Positions 56,630-64,000 of a stretch of DNA of 64,000 nt are shown in pieces. The DNA is from an uncultured Pseudomonadales bacterium (GTDB taxonomy: Bacteria; Patescibacteriota; Microgenomatia; UBA1400; Chazhemtobacteraceae), in contig CAYQZQ010000001.1 of NCBI GenBank assembly GCA_964422035.1, forward strand, positions 185,013 through 249,012. Reading direction: 5' to 3'. Both the position numbers and the translations under genes were made by a program. The notes under the pieces are model-generated. The model was not told the origin of the DNA. It made no database searches and saw only the letters and a list, made by a program, of their open reading frames with translations. The stretch's first letter is position 1, and the number at the start of each line of letters is the position of its first letter.

Positions 56630-57701
56630 TTAGATAAGGTTGTAGTTGTTGAAATATCTGCTCGGTAGCGTCGGTTATCACAGATGAAGATTTTCTCTTC
56701 TTAGGCTTTAATTTCATACCTTTATCGATTGCCTGCTTTAGGGTTTTGGAAGTTAATCTATTTTGAGGAAGAATTATGGCAGTGCCTAACTGCTTGAGAA
56801 GTTGAGCGTTTTTAGCCTGCTCATTATGAGAAGCCCAGGGGATAGGGATGGTTACAGTTGGTTTATTTAGATAAAGTAGTTCATAAATTGTATGTGCACC
56901 AGAGCGAGAGACAACCAGCTTGGCTGTTTTTAAGTATCTAGTTGCTTCGATAGGAAAGAAATATTCTTTATGTTGATAGCGAGAACGGAGACTTGATGGT
57001 AGAGACTGCTTTAGACGTCTGGCTTTATCTTTATCATTGGTAACCGAGGAGCTGCCTGTCTGGTGAACTACTTGATATTCCTTCACTAACTGGGGAATTA
57101 TAGGGAAAAGGGCTTGGTTAATGGTGTGGCTACCCTGCTTGCCGCAGGTGATGTATATAAGAGGAGGGTCTGGTTCTTGGTACTGTTTGTCTTCTAGAAT
57201 CTCAGGCCTTAAGGGCAGACCTGTTACTACCGATTTTTTAGACGGATAGTTTTCAATAGCTTCTTTGTGAGTTAGGAAAATTTTTTTAACAAAGGGGCTG
57301 ATGGCCTTGTTTGCCCAACCGGCAGTGACTGTCTGCTCATGAGTTACAGAAGGTATTTTTAAAGCTGCACCAGTAATAACAACAGGGACAGATAAATAAC
57401 CTCCAAAGGAAACTATTAAGTCAGGCTTTATGCGCAAAAGATATGTTAGAGCTTGAATAAAGCCTAAGGCAATCTTTAGATACTCTAAAGGATTGTATAT
57501 ATTGTAAAACTTGCCTGTTTTTAGCTCATAGAAAGGAATATCCTGGTTGGTGACTTCCTGATATTCGGCTGACAGAGACTTATCACCACTCATGGTGAAT
57601 TTGTGCCCTATCCAATGGACTTGGTGGCCTTGTTTTTTTATTTTTTTGGCCACTTCTAAAGCCGAGTTATGATGGCCACCGGTGAAAACAATTTTACTCA
57701 T
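56610..57701 (-). CDS. murG: UDP-GlcNAc:undecaprenyl-PP-MurNAc-pentapeptide GlcNAc transferase
   Basis: KIVFTGGHHNSALEVAKKIKKQGHQVHWIG and GT28 C-domain motifs. Confidence 0.9.
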   Translation of the reverse strand: MSKIVFTGGHHNSALEVAKKIKKQGHQVHWIGHKFTMSGDKSLSAEYQEVTNQDIPFYELKTGKFYNIYNPLEYLKIALGFIQALTYLLRIKPDLIVSFGGYLSVPVVITGAALKIPSVTHEQTVTAGWANKAISPFVKKIFLTHKEAIENYPSKKSVVTGLPLRPEILEDKQYQEPDPPLIYITCGKQGSHTINQALFPIIPQLVKEYQVVHQTGSSSVTNDKDKARRLKQSLPSSLRSRYQHKEYFFPIEATRYLKTAKLVVSRSGAHTIYELLYLNKPTVTIPIPWASHNEQAKNAQLLKQLGTAIILPQNRLTSKTLKQAIDKGMKLKPKKRKSSSVITDATEQIFQQLQPYLNEKTEK

Positions 57702-57716
57702 AAGTATGTATATAGT

Positions 57717-58820
57717 TTACAACTTTTCCGCTCTGGCCACAGCTGCCAGTATTCCTAAACTGGCCAATGTGGTTAACAACGAGGAACCACCATATGATAT
57801 TAAAGGTAGAGGAATACCGGTAAGGGGAACCAGCGCAGCCATAGCAGAAATATTTAAGAGGGTCTGAATAGCTATCCAGCCGGCGATACCTCCTGCCAGC
57901 AATTGGTGAAAGCTGTCTTTTGACTGAACAGCAATTCTAAAACCGATAACGGCCAAGGCGGCTAGTAAGACTACTATTAAGGAGGCACCTAAAAAGCCTG
58001 TTTCTTCAGCAATGATGGCAAAGATTGAGTCTGTGGTGGCTTCAGGCAGATAGCGATATTTTTGCCGGCTGCGCCCCAGACCCACCCCTGTCCAGCCCCC
58101 TGAACCTAAGGCAATTAAAACCTGATTTATGTGGTAGGAGGATCCGAGCGTGTCTTGAGTAGGATCTAAAAAAGTGGATACTCGGGCTCGGCGATAGGGA
58201 GATGAAAGTATCAGTAGTGACCCTAAGGCGAGGCCGCCCAAGCCGATGATGAGCATTGAAGAAAGATTGGCGCCAGATAGATAATAAACTAAAAAGCCTG
58301 TGGTAGCTAAAACTACGGTGGTACCCAAGTCAGGCTGGATAAGAGTAAGACCCAAAACTACAATCATGATAAATAAGAAACTGGGTAGAGGACGTTTTTC
58401 CTGAAGCCAGGCAGCTAAGTAAAAGATAAGAGCCGGCTTTAGAAGCTCTGACGGCTGCAACTGAATGCCGCCAATTCTTAACCATCTACGTGCACCTTGT
58501 ACCTGTTGACCCAGACCGGGAATAAGAACCAAAATCATTAAAAGAAGGGTAAAAATAAAAACAGAAGTAGCAGTTTTTTTAATGATATTAGTTGGAAGTC
58601 TTGAAGTAACTAACATGATAATTAAACCAGCAACAGCCCAAATTAATTGCTGACGGGCAAAATGAAACTTGTCTTGGAAATCTACAAATGCTTCGTAGAC
58701 ACTGGCATCGTAAACAGCAATTATACCTAAAAGAAGAATTAAGAAGGTTAGGCCTATGAGGGCGTAATAAAGTTTAAGTTGAGACTTGGATTGGTCGTAC
58801 TGACGTTGAGGACGACTCAT
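57717..58820 (-). CDS. ftsW: SEDS protein FtsW
   Basis: 367 aa with 10 TM helices and the SEDS motif PLISYGGSSLL. Position in the dcw cluster. Confidence 0.8.
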   Translation of the reverse strand: MSRPQRQYDQSKSQLKLYYALIGLTFLILLLGIIAVYDASVYEAFVDFQDKFHFARQQLIWAVAGLIIMLVTSRLPTNIIKKTATSVFIFTLLLMILVLIPGLGQQVQGARRWLRIGGIQLQPSELLKPALIFYLAAWLQEKRPLPSFLFIMIVVLGLTLIQPDLGTTVVLATTGFLVYYLSGANLSSMLIIGLGGLALGSLLILSSPYRRARVSTFLDPTQDTLGSSYHINQVLIALGSGGWTGVGLGRSRQKYRYLPEATTDSIFAIIAEETGFLGASLIVVLLAALAVIGFRIAVQSKDSFHQLLAGGIAGWIAIQTLLNISAMAALVPLTGIPLPLISYGGSSLLTTLASLGILAAVARAEKL

Positions 58821-58821
58821 G

Positions 58822-59847
58822 TTAGATCAGAGCCAACCAAACACCAAAGATAACTACCATGATGCTGGCTAACCAAGCGCGGGTAACGATCTTTGGTTCA
58901 CTCCAACCCATTTTCAAAAGCCAGTAATGCAGTGGTGCAACCGGAAGAATTTTTTTACCAAAGATCTTTTTTGAACCAATTTGAACGAAACTTGACAGGC
59001 CAGTAATGATGAAAGGTGCGCCCATAACAACTAAGGCAACGATTTTACCCAAAAGCAGACCCACCACTGCCAGAGTGGCACCAAACGACATGGCACCAAC
59101 GTCTCCCATAAAAATACGGGCCGGATATACATTAAAGTACAAGAAGGCCATCAATGAACCAAGCCATAAAGCGATAAAGATAGAAAGCGGAGTATCAAGA
59201 ATGGAAGCGGACAAAAACCAAAAACCAAACAAGGTAATCATTAGAATACCGCCTGCAAGCCCATCCATGCCATCGGTAATGTTAACACTATTGGTAAAAC
59301 CAATAATCAACAGAGCTGCTAGAGGAATAAAGAAGGGGCCAAGGTCAAGGACTCCAATAAAGGGAATATTTAGAATTGAGATTCCTAAGTTAAAGTACAG
59401 AAGAGAGCCAATGGTGAGTGAGAGAATAATCTGGATAAACAACTTGTGAATTGACTTTAGGCCGGCAAAACCCTGATCCCTCTCCATCTCAAAGAAACCA
59501 ACAACATCGTCATACAAACCGAGTAACCCAAACGAAAGGAAAGTAAAAAAGATGATATTTATCTCATCAACCAAGGGGTATACCTGAGTGACATATAAGC
59601 CTAAAAATCTAAGTAGCGGAAAAAGTAGTGCAAACAAGAGGCTGACCATCGCTATCATTAAAAGCCCACCACCTTCTGGAGTTTCAAGTTTGCTTTTAAT
59701 GTGATCAGAGGCGGCATTTTTCTTAGCCGAGATTATAGCCGTAGGAGATTTATAAAACTTTATTTTATACAGAAGATTAATAAAAGGAACAATGGCTATG
59801 CTGTTGACTATGAAGGAGAAAATTAAAATTCCAAAAAGGAGTGACAT
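58822..59847 (-). CDS. mraY: Phospho-N-acetylmuramoyl-pentapeptide transferase
   Basis: NSVNITDGMDGLAGG (the DDxxD-region analog) and HH motifs. 341 aa with 10 TM helices. Confidence 0.9.
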   Translation of the reverse strand: MSLLFGILIFSFIVNSIAIVPFINLLYKIKFYKSPTAIISAKKNAASDHIKSKLETPEGGGLLMIAMVSLLFALLFPLLRFLGLYVTQVYPLVDEINIIFFTFLSFGLLGLYDDVVGFFEMERDQGFAGLKSIHKLFIQIILSLTIGSLLYFNLGISILNIPFIGVLDLGPFFIPLAALLIIGFTNSVNITDGMDGLAGGILMITLFGFWFLSASILDTPLSIFIALWLGSLMAFLYFNVYPARIFMGDVGAMSFGATLAVVGLLLGKIVALVVMGAPFIITGLSSFVQIGSKKIFGKKILPVAPLHYWLLKMGWSEPKIVTRAWLASIMVVIFGVWLALI

Positions 59848-59848
59848 T

Positions 59849-60235
59849 TTAGTTAGCTAATTTTAGTAAGTAGGGAGCAAAAATAATAATACCAATAATT
59901 ACTGATGCAATTGATGAGACTAGAACCATGCCGGCACCGACATCTTTGGCTATCTTGGCATGAGCACTGTGCTTTATTGTAATCAGATCAACAATGGACT
60001 CAATACCGGTGTTGATCATTTCGGTGATGATAACAAGACTGATTGTAAATATGATTATCAACCACTCCCAAACTTGTATTTTTAAAAACAAGCCTAATAA
60101 AGTAACAGCTATGGCCATTACAAAATGAATTCTTAAGTTAACCTGGGTTTTGAGGGCGTACATTAGTCCCCGTATGGCATGCTTGAATGAATTGTGGCGT
60201 GATTGCATTATTTTAAGTTTAGCAGATTCTATCAA
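59849..60235 (-). CDS. DgkA-family lipid kinase (diacylglycerol/undecaprenol kinase)
   Basis: 128 aa with 3 TM helices and the signature EMINTGIESIVD. Confidence 0.7.
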   Translation of the reverse strand: MIESAKLKIMQSRHNSFKHAIRGLMYALKTQVNLRIHFVMAIAVTLLGLFLKIQVWEWLIIIFTISLVIITEMINTGIESIVDLITIKHSAHAKIAKDVGAGMVLVSSIASVIIGIIIFAPYLLKLAN

Positions 60236-61959
60236 TCAGAAAGTAAAATCAAATTTTTTGCAATATCAAACCATAGTGGAGCAGCAGTCTCGCTACCCCA
60301 AGGAGATGTTTGAGGTTCTCTTAAGGTAACCAGCATGGTGTACTTGGGATCATCGGCTGGGAAAAAACCTACAAAACTAGCTATCGTCTTATCCTCGTCG
60401 TAGTGACCAGCGATGGGAATCTGTGCCGTTCCAGTTTTACCAGCAATTTTAATGTTTTCCGGTTTGGTCCATTTGGCTGCCCCGTCTTCAACGGCTGACA
60501 CCATCATTTCTTTGATTTGCTGTGATGACTGTTTGGAGATGACTTGTCTAGATTGTAATTTTTTGACGGGAACTTCTTCATTGGCAGTTTTAATTGACTG
60601 AACAATGTGGGGAGAGACCATCTTGCCATTATTGGCTAAAGCATTGATAGCGGTTATCAGTTGAATACGAGTAACAGCGATGCCCTGACCAAATGATGTG
60701 GTGGCAATCTCGATTGGTCCCATATCATTAACATCGCTTAGGCTGCCACTAACTTCTTCCTGAAGGTCAACGTCTGTTTTTGAGCCAAGACCAAATTTGT
60801 CTAGATAATCATGCAGATCTTTTGCGCCTAATTTTCTAGCAACAAAAACCATGCCTGTGTTATCTGAGTTAACAATGGTTTCTGTCATGGTGGTGTTGGG
60901 GTGATACTCTTCGTTCCAGGTTTTGATTGTATATTTACCGATTTTGATGGGCTTGGCGCAGATGTCACACTCTGTATCCGGCTTGACTTTGCCGGTATCT
61001 AGAGCAGCGGCCATAACTAAGGGTTTAAAGATAGAGCCTGGTTCGAAAAGATTGGCTACAACGGGGTTTTTATAAAGGGACTGATCGTATTGATAGAAGA
61101 TCCTGGAATCATATGAGGGAAGGTTGGCTAAAGATAGAATTGCTCCAGTCTTTGAGTTCATGATTATGGCTGTTCCCTGTTTGGCCCCATACTTTTTGAG
61201 GCCTTCTTTAAGCAGCTTCTCCACTTGATACTGAAAGCTGCGATTTATGGTAGTGACTAGATCGCGACCATTACGTGAAGTTATGTTTTGATAGCGGCCG
61301 ACTAAGATAGGGTTGCCTTGAGCATCAGTTTCCTGAATAAGCTGACCTGATCTGCCCTGCAACTGGCGATCATAGTAGCCTTCCAGACCAAAGTAACCTT
61401 GGGGTTGACCGGAGTTATCTTTGCCGACAAAGCCGAGAATGTTGGCGCTCATGGATGCTTCAGGATAGTAACGGATTGTTTGAGGCTGGAAGCCTAATCC
61501 TTTTATGCCCAGTTTCTCGATAGATTCTTTTTGATCGATTGTTAAGTGATGTTTTAGGGCAATCCAGGAACGATCCATGGAGAATCTTTGCTTTAAATAG
61601 TCTTGTGTTAGCTTGATTCTTTCATCTAAAGGTACAACTTGAGCTGAGCTTGTGGCAGGCAGATTATCATGGGCAAGAATGGGTGAGATTTCTTCGCTTA
61701 TTTGATCGGTTGGTTTTTCAATATGAGGTGTGTAGGCATATAGGAGATATCGGTTTTCTGTTCCGGCTAGGATGGAGCCGTCACTGCTTAGAATGCTACC
61801 CCTGTGGGCGTCGATACTAACGATATCACTGTGCTGACTGGATGCTTTAGTAGACAGTTGTGGTCTGCGAATTATCTGCCAGTAAAATAGACGACCAAGA
61901 ACAAGAAGACTTAAAACGGGGATAAGGACCTGAACTAGTTTAAGTCTTAAACGTGTCAC
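60232..61959 (-). CDS. ftsI: Penicillin-binding protein (FtsI/PBP2-type transpeptidase)
   Basis: N-terminal TM, dimerisation domain, SxxK (SIFKP), SxN (SDN) and KTG (KTGTA) motifs. Confidence 0.85.
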   Translation of the reverse strand: MTRLRLKLVQVLIPVLSLLVLGRLFYWQIIRRPQLSTKASSQHSDIVSIDAHRGSILSSDGSILAGTENRYLLYAYTPHIEKPTDQISEEISPILAHDNLPATSSAQVVPLDERIKLTQDYLKQRFSMDRSWIALKHHLTIDQKESIEKLGIKGLGFQPQTIRYYPEASMSANILGFVGKDNSGQPQGYFGLEGYYDRQLQGRSGQLIQETDAQGNPILVGRYQNITSRNGRDLVTTINRSFQYQVEKLLKEGLKKYGAKQGTAIIMNSKTGAILSLANLPSYDSRIFYQYDQSLYKNPVVANLFEPGSIFKPLVMAAALDTGKVKPDTECDICAKPIKIGKYTIKTWNEEYHPNTTMTETIVNSDNTGMVFVARKLGAKDLHDYLDKFGLGSKTDVDLQEEVSGSLSDVNDMGPIEIATTSFGQGIAVTRIQLITAINALANNGKMVSPHIVQSIKTANEEVPVKKLQSRQVISKQSSQQIKEMMVSAVEDGAAKWTKPENIKIAGKTGTAQIPIAGHYDEDKTIASFVGFFPADDPKYTMLVTLREPQTSPWGSETAAPLWFDIAKNLILLSD

Positions 61960-61973
61960 ATTCTAATTTTAAC

Positions 61974-62267
61974 TTATCGATTGTTGATGTAGGCAACTGG
62001 GGCAATATCTTTTAGAGCTAGAGGTTTTGAAATCTTGATAAAACCTTTTTCCTTTGCCTGTTCCTCCAGATAGCTTAGTGATGAGCAATGGGCAATCTTG
62101 TTGGCGAGGATCTGGTTTTCGTTTTCTAGTTGAAGAGTTTTTTGGTGAATTTGTTCCAGCTCTTGTCCCTGAGTAGCAAGCAAATTGGTGCCGATGATGT
62201 TTAAGATGGCAAGCACTACTACTAGTGCGGCGGTTATTTTAAGGCTTATGTTTAAGTGTTTATCCAT
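61974..62267 (-). CDS. ftsL: FtsL-like small bitopic division protein
   Basis: 97 aa: TM followed by a coiled coil (QELEQIHQKTLQLENENQILANKI). Position between rsmH and ftsI. Confidence 0.5.
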   Translation of the reverse strand: MDKHLNISLKITAALVVVLAILNIIGTNLLATQGQELEQIHQKTLQLENENQILANKIAHCSSLSYLEEQAKEKGFIKISKPLALKDIAPVAYINNR

Positions 62268-62268
62268 T

Positions 62269-63192
62269 TTATTTTTTTTGTGCTACTCTCAGCTTGGCGC
62301 TGCGAGAGCGGGGGTTATATTTAATTTCTGATGTCTGTGGACTAATTGGTTTTTTAGTTAATATTTTTAATTGACTTGAGTTCTTGAAAAACTGTTTAAC
62401 GATTCTGTCTTCTCCGGCGTGAAAAGAGATAATAATCAGCTTGGCATCTTTTTGTAAAAGTTCTACCGCTTGTGGTAGAGCTTGAGCAAGGTTTTCTCTT
62501 TCAGAGTTGACTGCCATTCTTAAAGCCTGAAATACTTTAGTGGCTGGATGGAGTTTGCCTGATCGGTGTTTTACTGATTCAACTAAGTAAGCCAGCTCTT
62601 TGGTGGTTGTGATAGGTTTTTCTTTTCTGGTATTGACTATTTTTTCTGCGATTGGTTTGGCAAAAGGTTCGTCACCTAAAGTTCTAAATAAGTTTTTTAA
62701 CTCAGCAGTGCGAAGACCGTTTATTAGATCAGCAGCGGAAACAGCTAGGTCAGGATCCATTCTCATGTCCAGCGGGGCATCTGATTGGAAACTAAAACCT
62801 CTCTGTGAGGAGAGTATTTGATGAGTTGAAACTCCCAGATCAAAAAGAATGCCAGAAAATTTTTCAAAACCCATTTTTGCTGTTAATTCTTTTAGGTTTG
62901 AAAAATTACCCTGAAGCAGTATGCAGTCGGATGTTTTATCGACTTCTTTTGGTTTGGTAAGAACTTGAACATCTTTGTCTGGTAGTTGATCTGCGATGAT
63001 CTTTTGAGACCTTTCTAAGGCCTTTGGATCTCGATCTAATCCCAAGACATTTGAATCATGCTTAAGCAGCTCTAGAGTATGCCCGGCATCGCCTAAGGTG
63101 GCATCCAGATGCCATTGACCTTGTTGGGGATTAAGATGCTTTAACACCTCTTCCATCAAGACTGGTTTGTGTAGGTTTTTAATTTCTTTCAT
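62269..63192 (-). CDS. rsmH: 16S rRNA m4C1402 methyltransferase
   Basis: HKPVLMEEVLKHL...DATLGDAGHT and FHAGEDRIVK. Confidence 0.9.
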   Translation of the reverse strand: MKEIKNLHKPVLMEEVLKHLNPQQGQWHLDATLGDAGHTLELLKHDSNVLGLDRDPKALERSQKIIADQLPDKDVQVLTKPKEVDKTSDCILLQGNFSNLKELTAKMGFEKFSGILFDLGVSTHQILSSQRGFSFQSDAPLDMRMDPDLAVSAADLINGLRTAELKNLFRTLGDEPFAKPIAEKIVNTRKEKPITTTKELAYLVESVKHRSGKLHPATKVFQALRMAVNSERENLAQALPQAVELLQKDAKLIIISFHAGEDRIVKQFFKNSSQLKILTKKPISPQTSEIKYNPRSRSAKLRVAQKK

Positions 63193-63620
63193 ATATTTAG
63201 TTGTGACAATTGTTCTTCTATCTTTTCAGTTTGTTTTTCAAGATTGTCAAGGTGCTGGTGGTATAGATCTCTGTCCCAGATTTCAATCCTGGTTAGAGCT
63301 CCGGCTACCACTATGTTTTTGTCTAGATTGACTGTCTCCCGAAGGTGTTGAGGAATAAGAGTACGCCCCTGAGGATCGAGATCTAAGGGGGTGGCTGATT
63401 GTACGAGTAAACGGACGAATTGTCTTGCTTGAGGGCTGGTCAAGGGCAGAGAGGCCAGCTTGTCGGAGAGTTTCTGCCAGGAAGAGGCGGGGAAAAGAAA
63501 CAGGCATCCATCCATTCCTCTGGTGATGACGCCACCAGATTTTAGTTCTTTGCGAAACTTCTTGGGAATCGACAGACGACCTTTGTTCTCGAGATGATGA
63601 TAGTAGCGGCCAATAAACAT
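63189..63620 (-). CDS. mraZ: Transcriptional regulator MraZ
   Basis: Two SpoVT/AbrB-like repeats (GRLSIPKKFRKEL; GRTLIPQHLRETV). Confidence 0.9.
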   Translation of the reverse strand: MFIGRYYHHLENKGRLSIPKKFRKELKSGGVITRGMDGCLFLFPASSWQKLSDKLASLPLTSPQARQFVRLLVQSATPLDLDPQGRTLIPQHLRETVNLDKNIVVAGALTRIEIWDRDLYHQHLDNLEKQTEKIEEQLSQLNI

Positions 63621-63680
63621 ATTTCATATGGCAGGCGAGTGCTTTTTGTTAATTATTTATTTGTTAATTATCGGTTGCTT

Positions 63681-63696
63681 TACCACCCTATACCAC
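63681..63696 (-). promoter_or_regulatory. Candidate MraZ operator: GTGGTA direct repeats with 10-bp periodicity
   Basis: Minus-strand reading GTGGTA-TAGG-GTGGTA. Lies between a TTGACA-containing promoter-like element (63724-63729) and the mraZ start. Confidence 0.4.
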
Positions 63697-63810
63697 TTTC
63701 AGTTAACTATAGTCTGATACCCTTGTCAAGAGTTAAACAATAGAGTGAACACACCTGAAACAGGGTTTTTGCAAAACACAGAAAACTAAAAATAGAGGGT
63801 TAGAGAAAAG

Positions 63811-64000
63811 TTACTTTACAGCTATGAAGGGGCCGACTTGATAGAGTGTCACCTCTTCTGTTTCTCCTTGAAGATCGTCTCTTATTATCTCGATTTGATT
63901 GCTTTGAGGAGACAGGTCAATATCAGCAACCAAGTACTGGCCTTCTTTTTGGGCTTCTATTTCTTGATATTCTTGCCCGTTGTAGTAGTAAAGCTTTTGG
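63811..64000 (-). CDS. 3' end of an unidentified minus-strand CDS. The N-terminus lies beyond the window end.
   Basis: Open frame reading ...YYYNGQEYQEIEAQKEGQYLVADIDLSPQSNQIEIIRDDLQGETEEVTLYQVGPFIAVK-stop (TAA at 63811-63813). Confidence 0.35.
   Translation of the reverse strand, partial: QKLYYYNGQEYQEIEAQKEGQYLVADIDLSPQSNQIEIIRDDLQGETEEVTLYQVGPFIAVK

Noticed and set aside
59006-59449. 147-aa plus-strand ORF inside mraY
   Set aside because: It is antisense to mraY and has a Pro/Arg/Lys-rich translation.
63753-63775. CCTG-aaa-CAGG hairpin followed by GTTTTT as a terminator
   Set aside because: The stem is only 4 bp. The T-run is on the plus strand, where no upstream plus-strand gene exists. 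On the minus strand no U-run follows.
1-64000. CRISPR arrays, integrases or transposases, rRNA, alternative genetic code (UGA recoding)
   Set aside because: I saw no CRISPR-like tandem repeat array, recombinase motif or rRNA-like segment. Many genes end in TGA with correct-length products, so this is standard code 11, not code 25.

Overview
This 64-kb window is a compact, gene-dense bacterial segment with little non-coding DNA, many 4-nt start/stop overlaps and small fermentative-type core genes, consistent with a small-genome, possibly Patescibacteria/CPR-like organism (inference). It uses the standard genetic code. Features in order:

- **1–12 kb, central metabolism:** partial phosphomannomutase, PEP synthase, enolase, a histidine-phosphatase, cofactor-independent phosphoglycerate mutase, an acyl/acetyl-CoA synthetase, rsmI, and 2-oxoacid:ferredoxin oxidoreductase alpha/beta subunits.
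- **11.5–20.3 kb, DNA repair module:** lexA transcribed divergently from uvrB-uvrA, then a transglutaminase-like membrane protein, then a short uvrC.
- **20.3–24.2 kb:** a PF04020 holin-like membrane protein, secG, a membrane-anchored family-5 solute-binding protein, and an Hsp20 gene flanked by two DedA-family genes. Hsp20 has a consensus sigma-70 promoter and a CIRCE-like inverted repeat.
- **24.2–30.2 kb, tRNA-dense region:** 16 tRNAs interleaved with glmS, ddl and small membrane/secreted proteins.
- **30.3–32.4 kb:** a small island with a stand-alone Cas4-like PD-(D/E)XK/Fe-S nuclease.
- **32.4–45.1 kb, surface-glycan cluster:** Wzx flippase, Wzy/ligase-like and GT-C proteins, two GT2 and three GT4 glycosyltransferases, a DUF4012-like protein, and an 837-aa secreted lectin plus class-2 lipase-like protein.
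- **46.3–63.6 kb, one minus-strand run:** mraZ-rsmH-ftsL-ftsI-dgkA-mraY-ftsW-murG-ftsQ-ftsA-ftsZ, then a candidate T-box leader, then ileS-rodA-rplU-(THUMP-like methyltransferase)-rpmA-parB. lepB converges on this run from the plus strand.

The most notable candidates are a putative Ile-specific T-box attenuator upstream of ileS, a CIRCE/HrcA-type operator at hsp20, GTGGTA direct repeats upstream of mraZ, the lexA/uvrBA-(transglutaminase-like)-uvrC arrangement with a 137-nt out-of-frame overlap, and a recurrent TGGTAAAAT extended -10 element in front of most tRNAs. I found no CRISPR array, integrase or rRNA.
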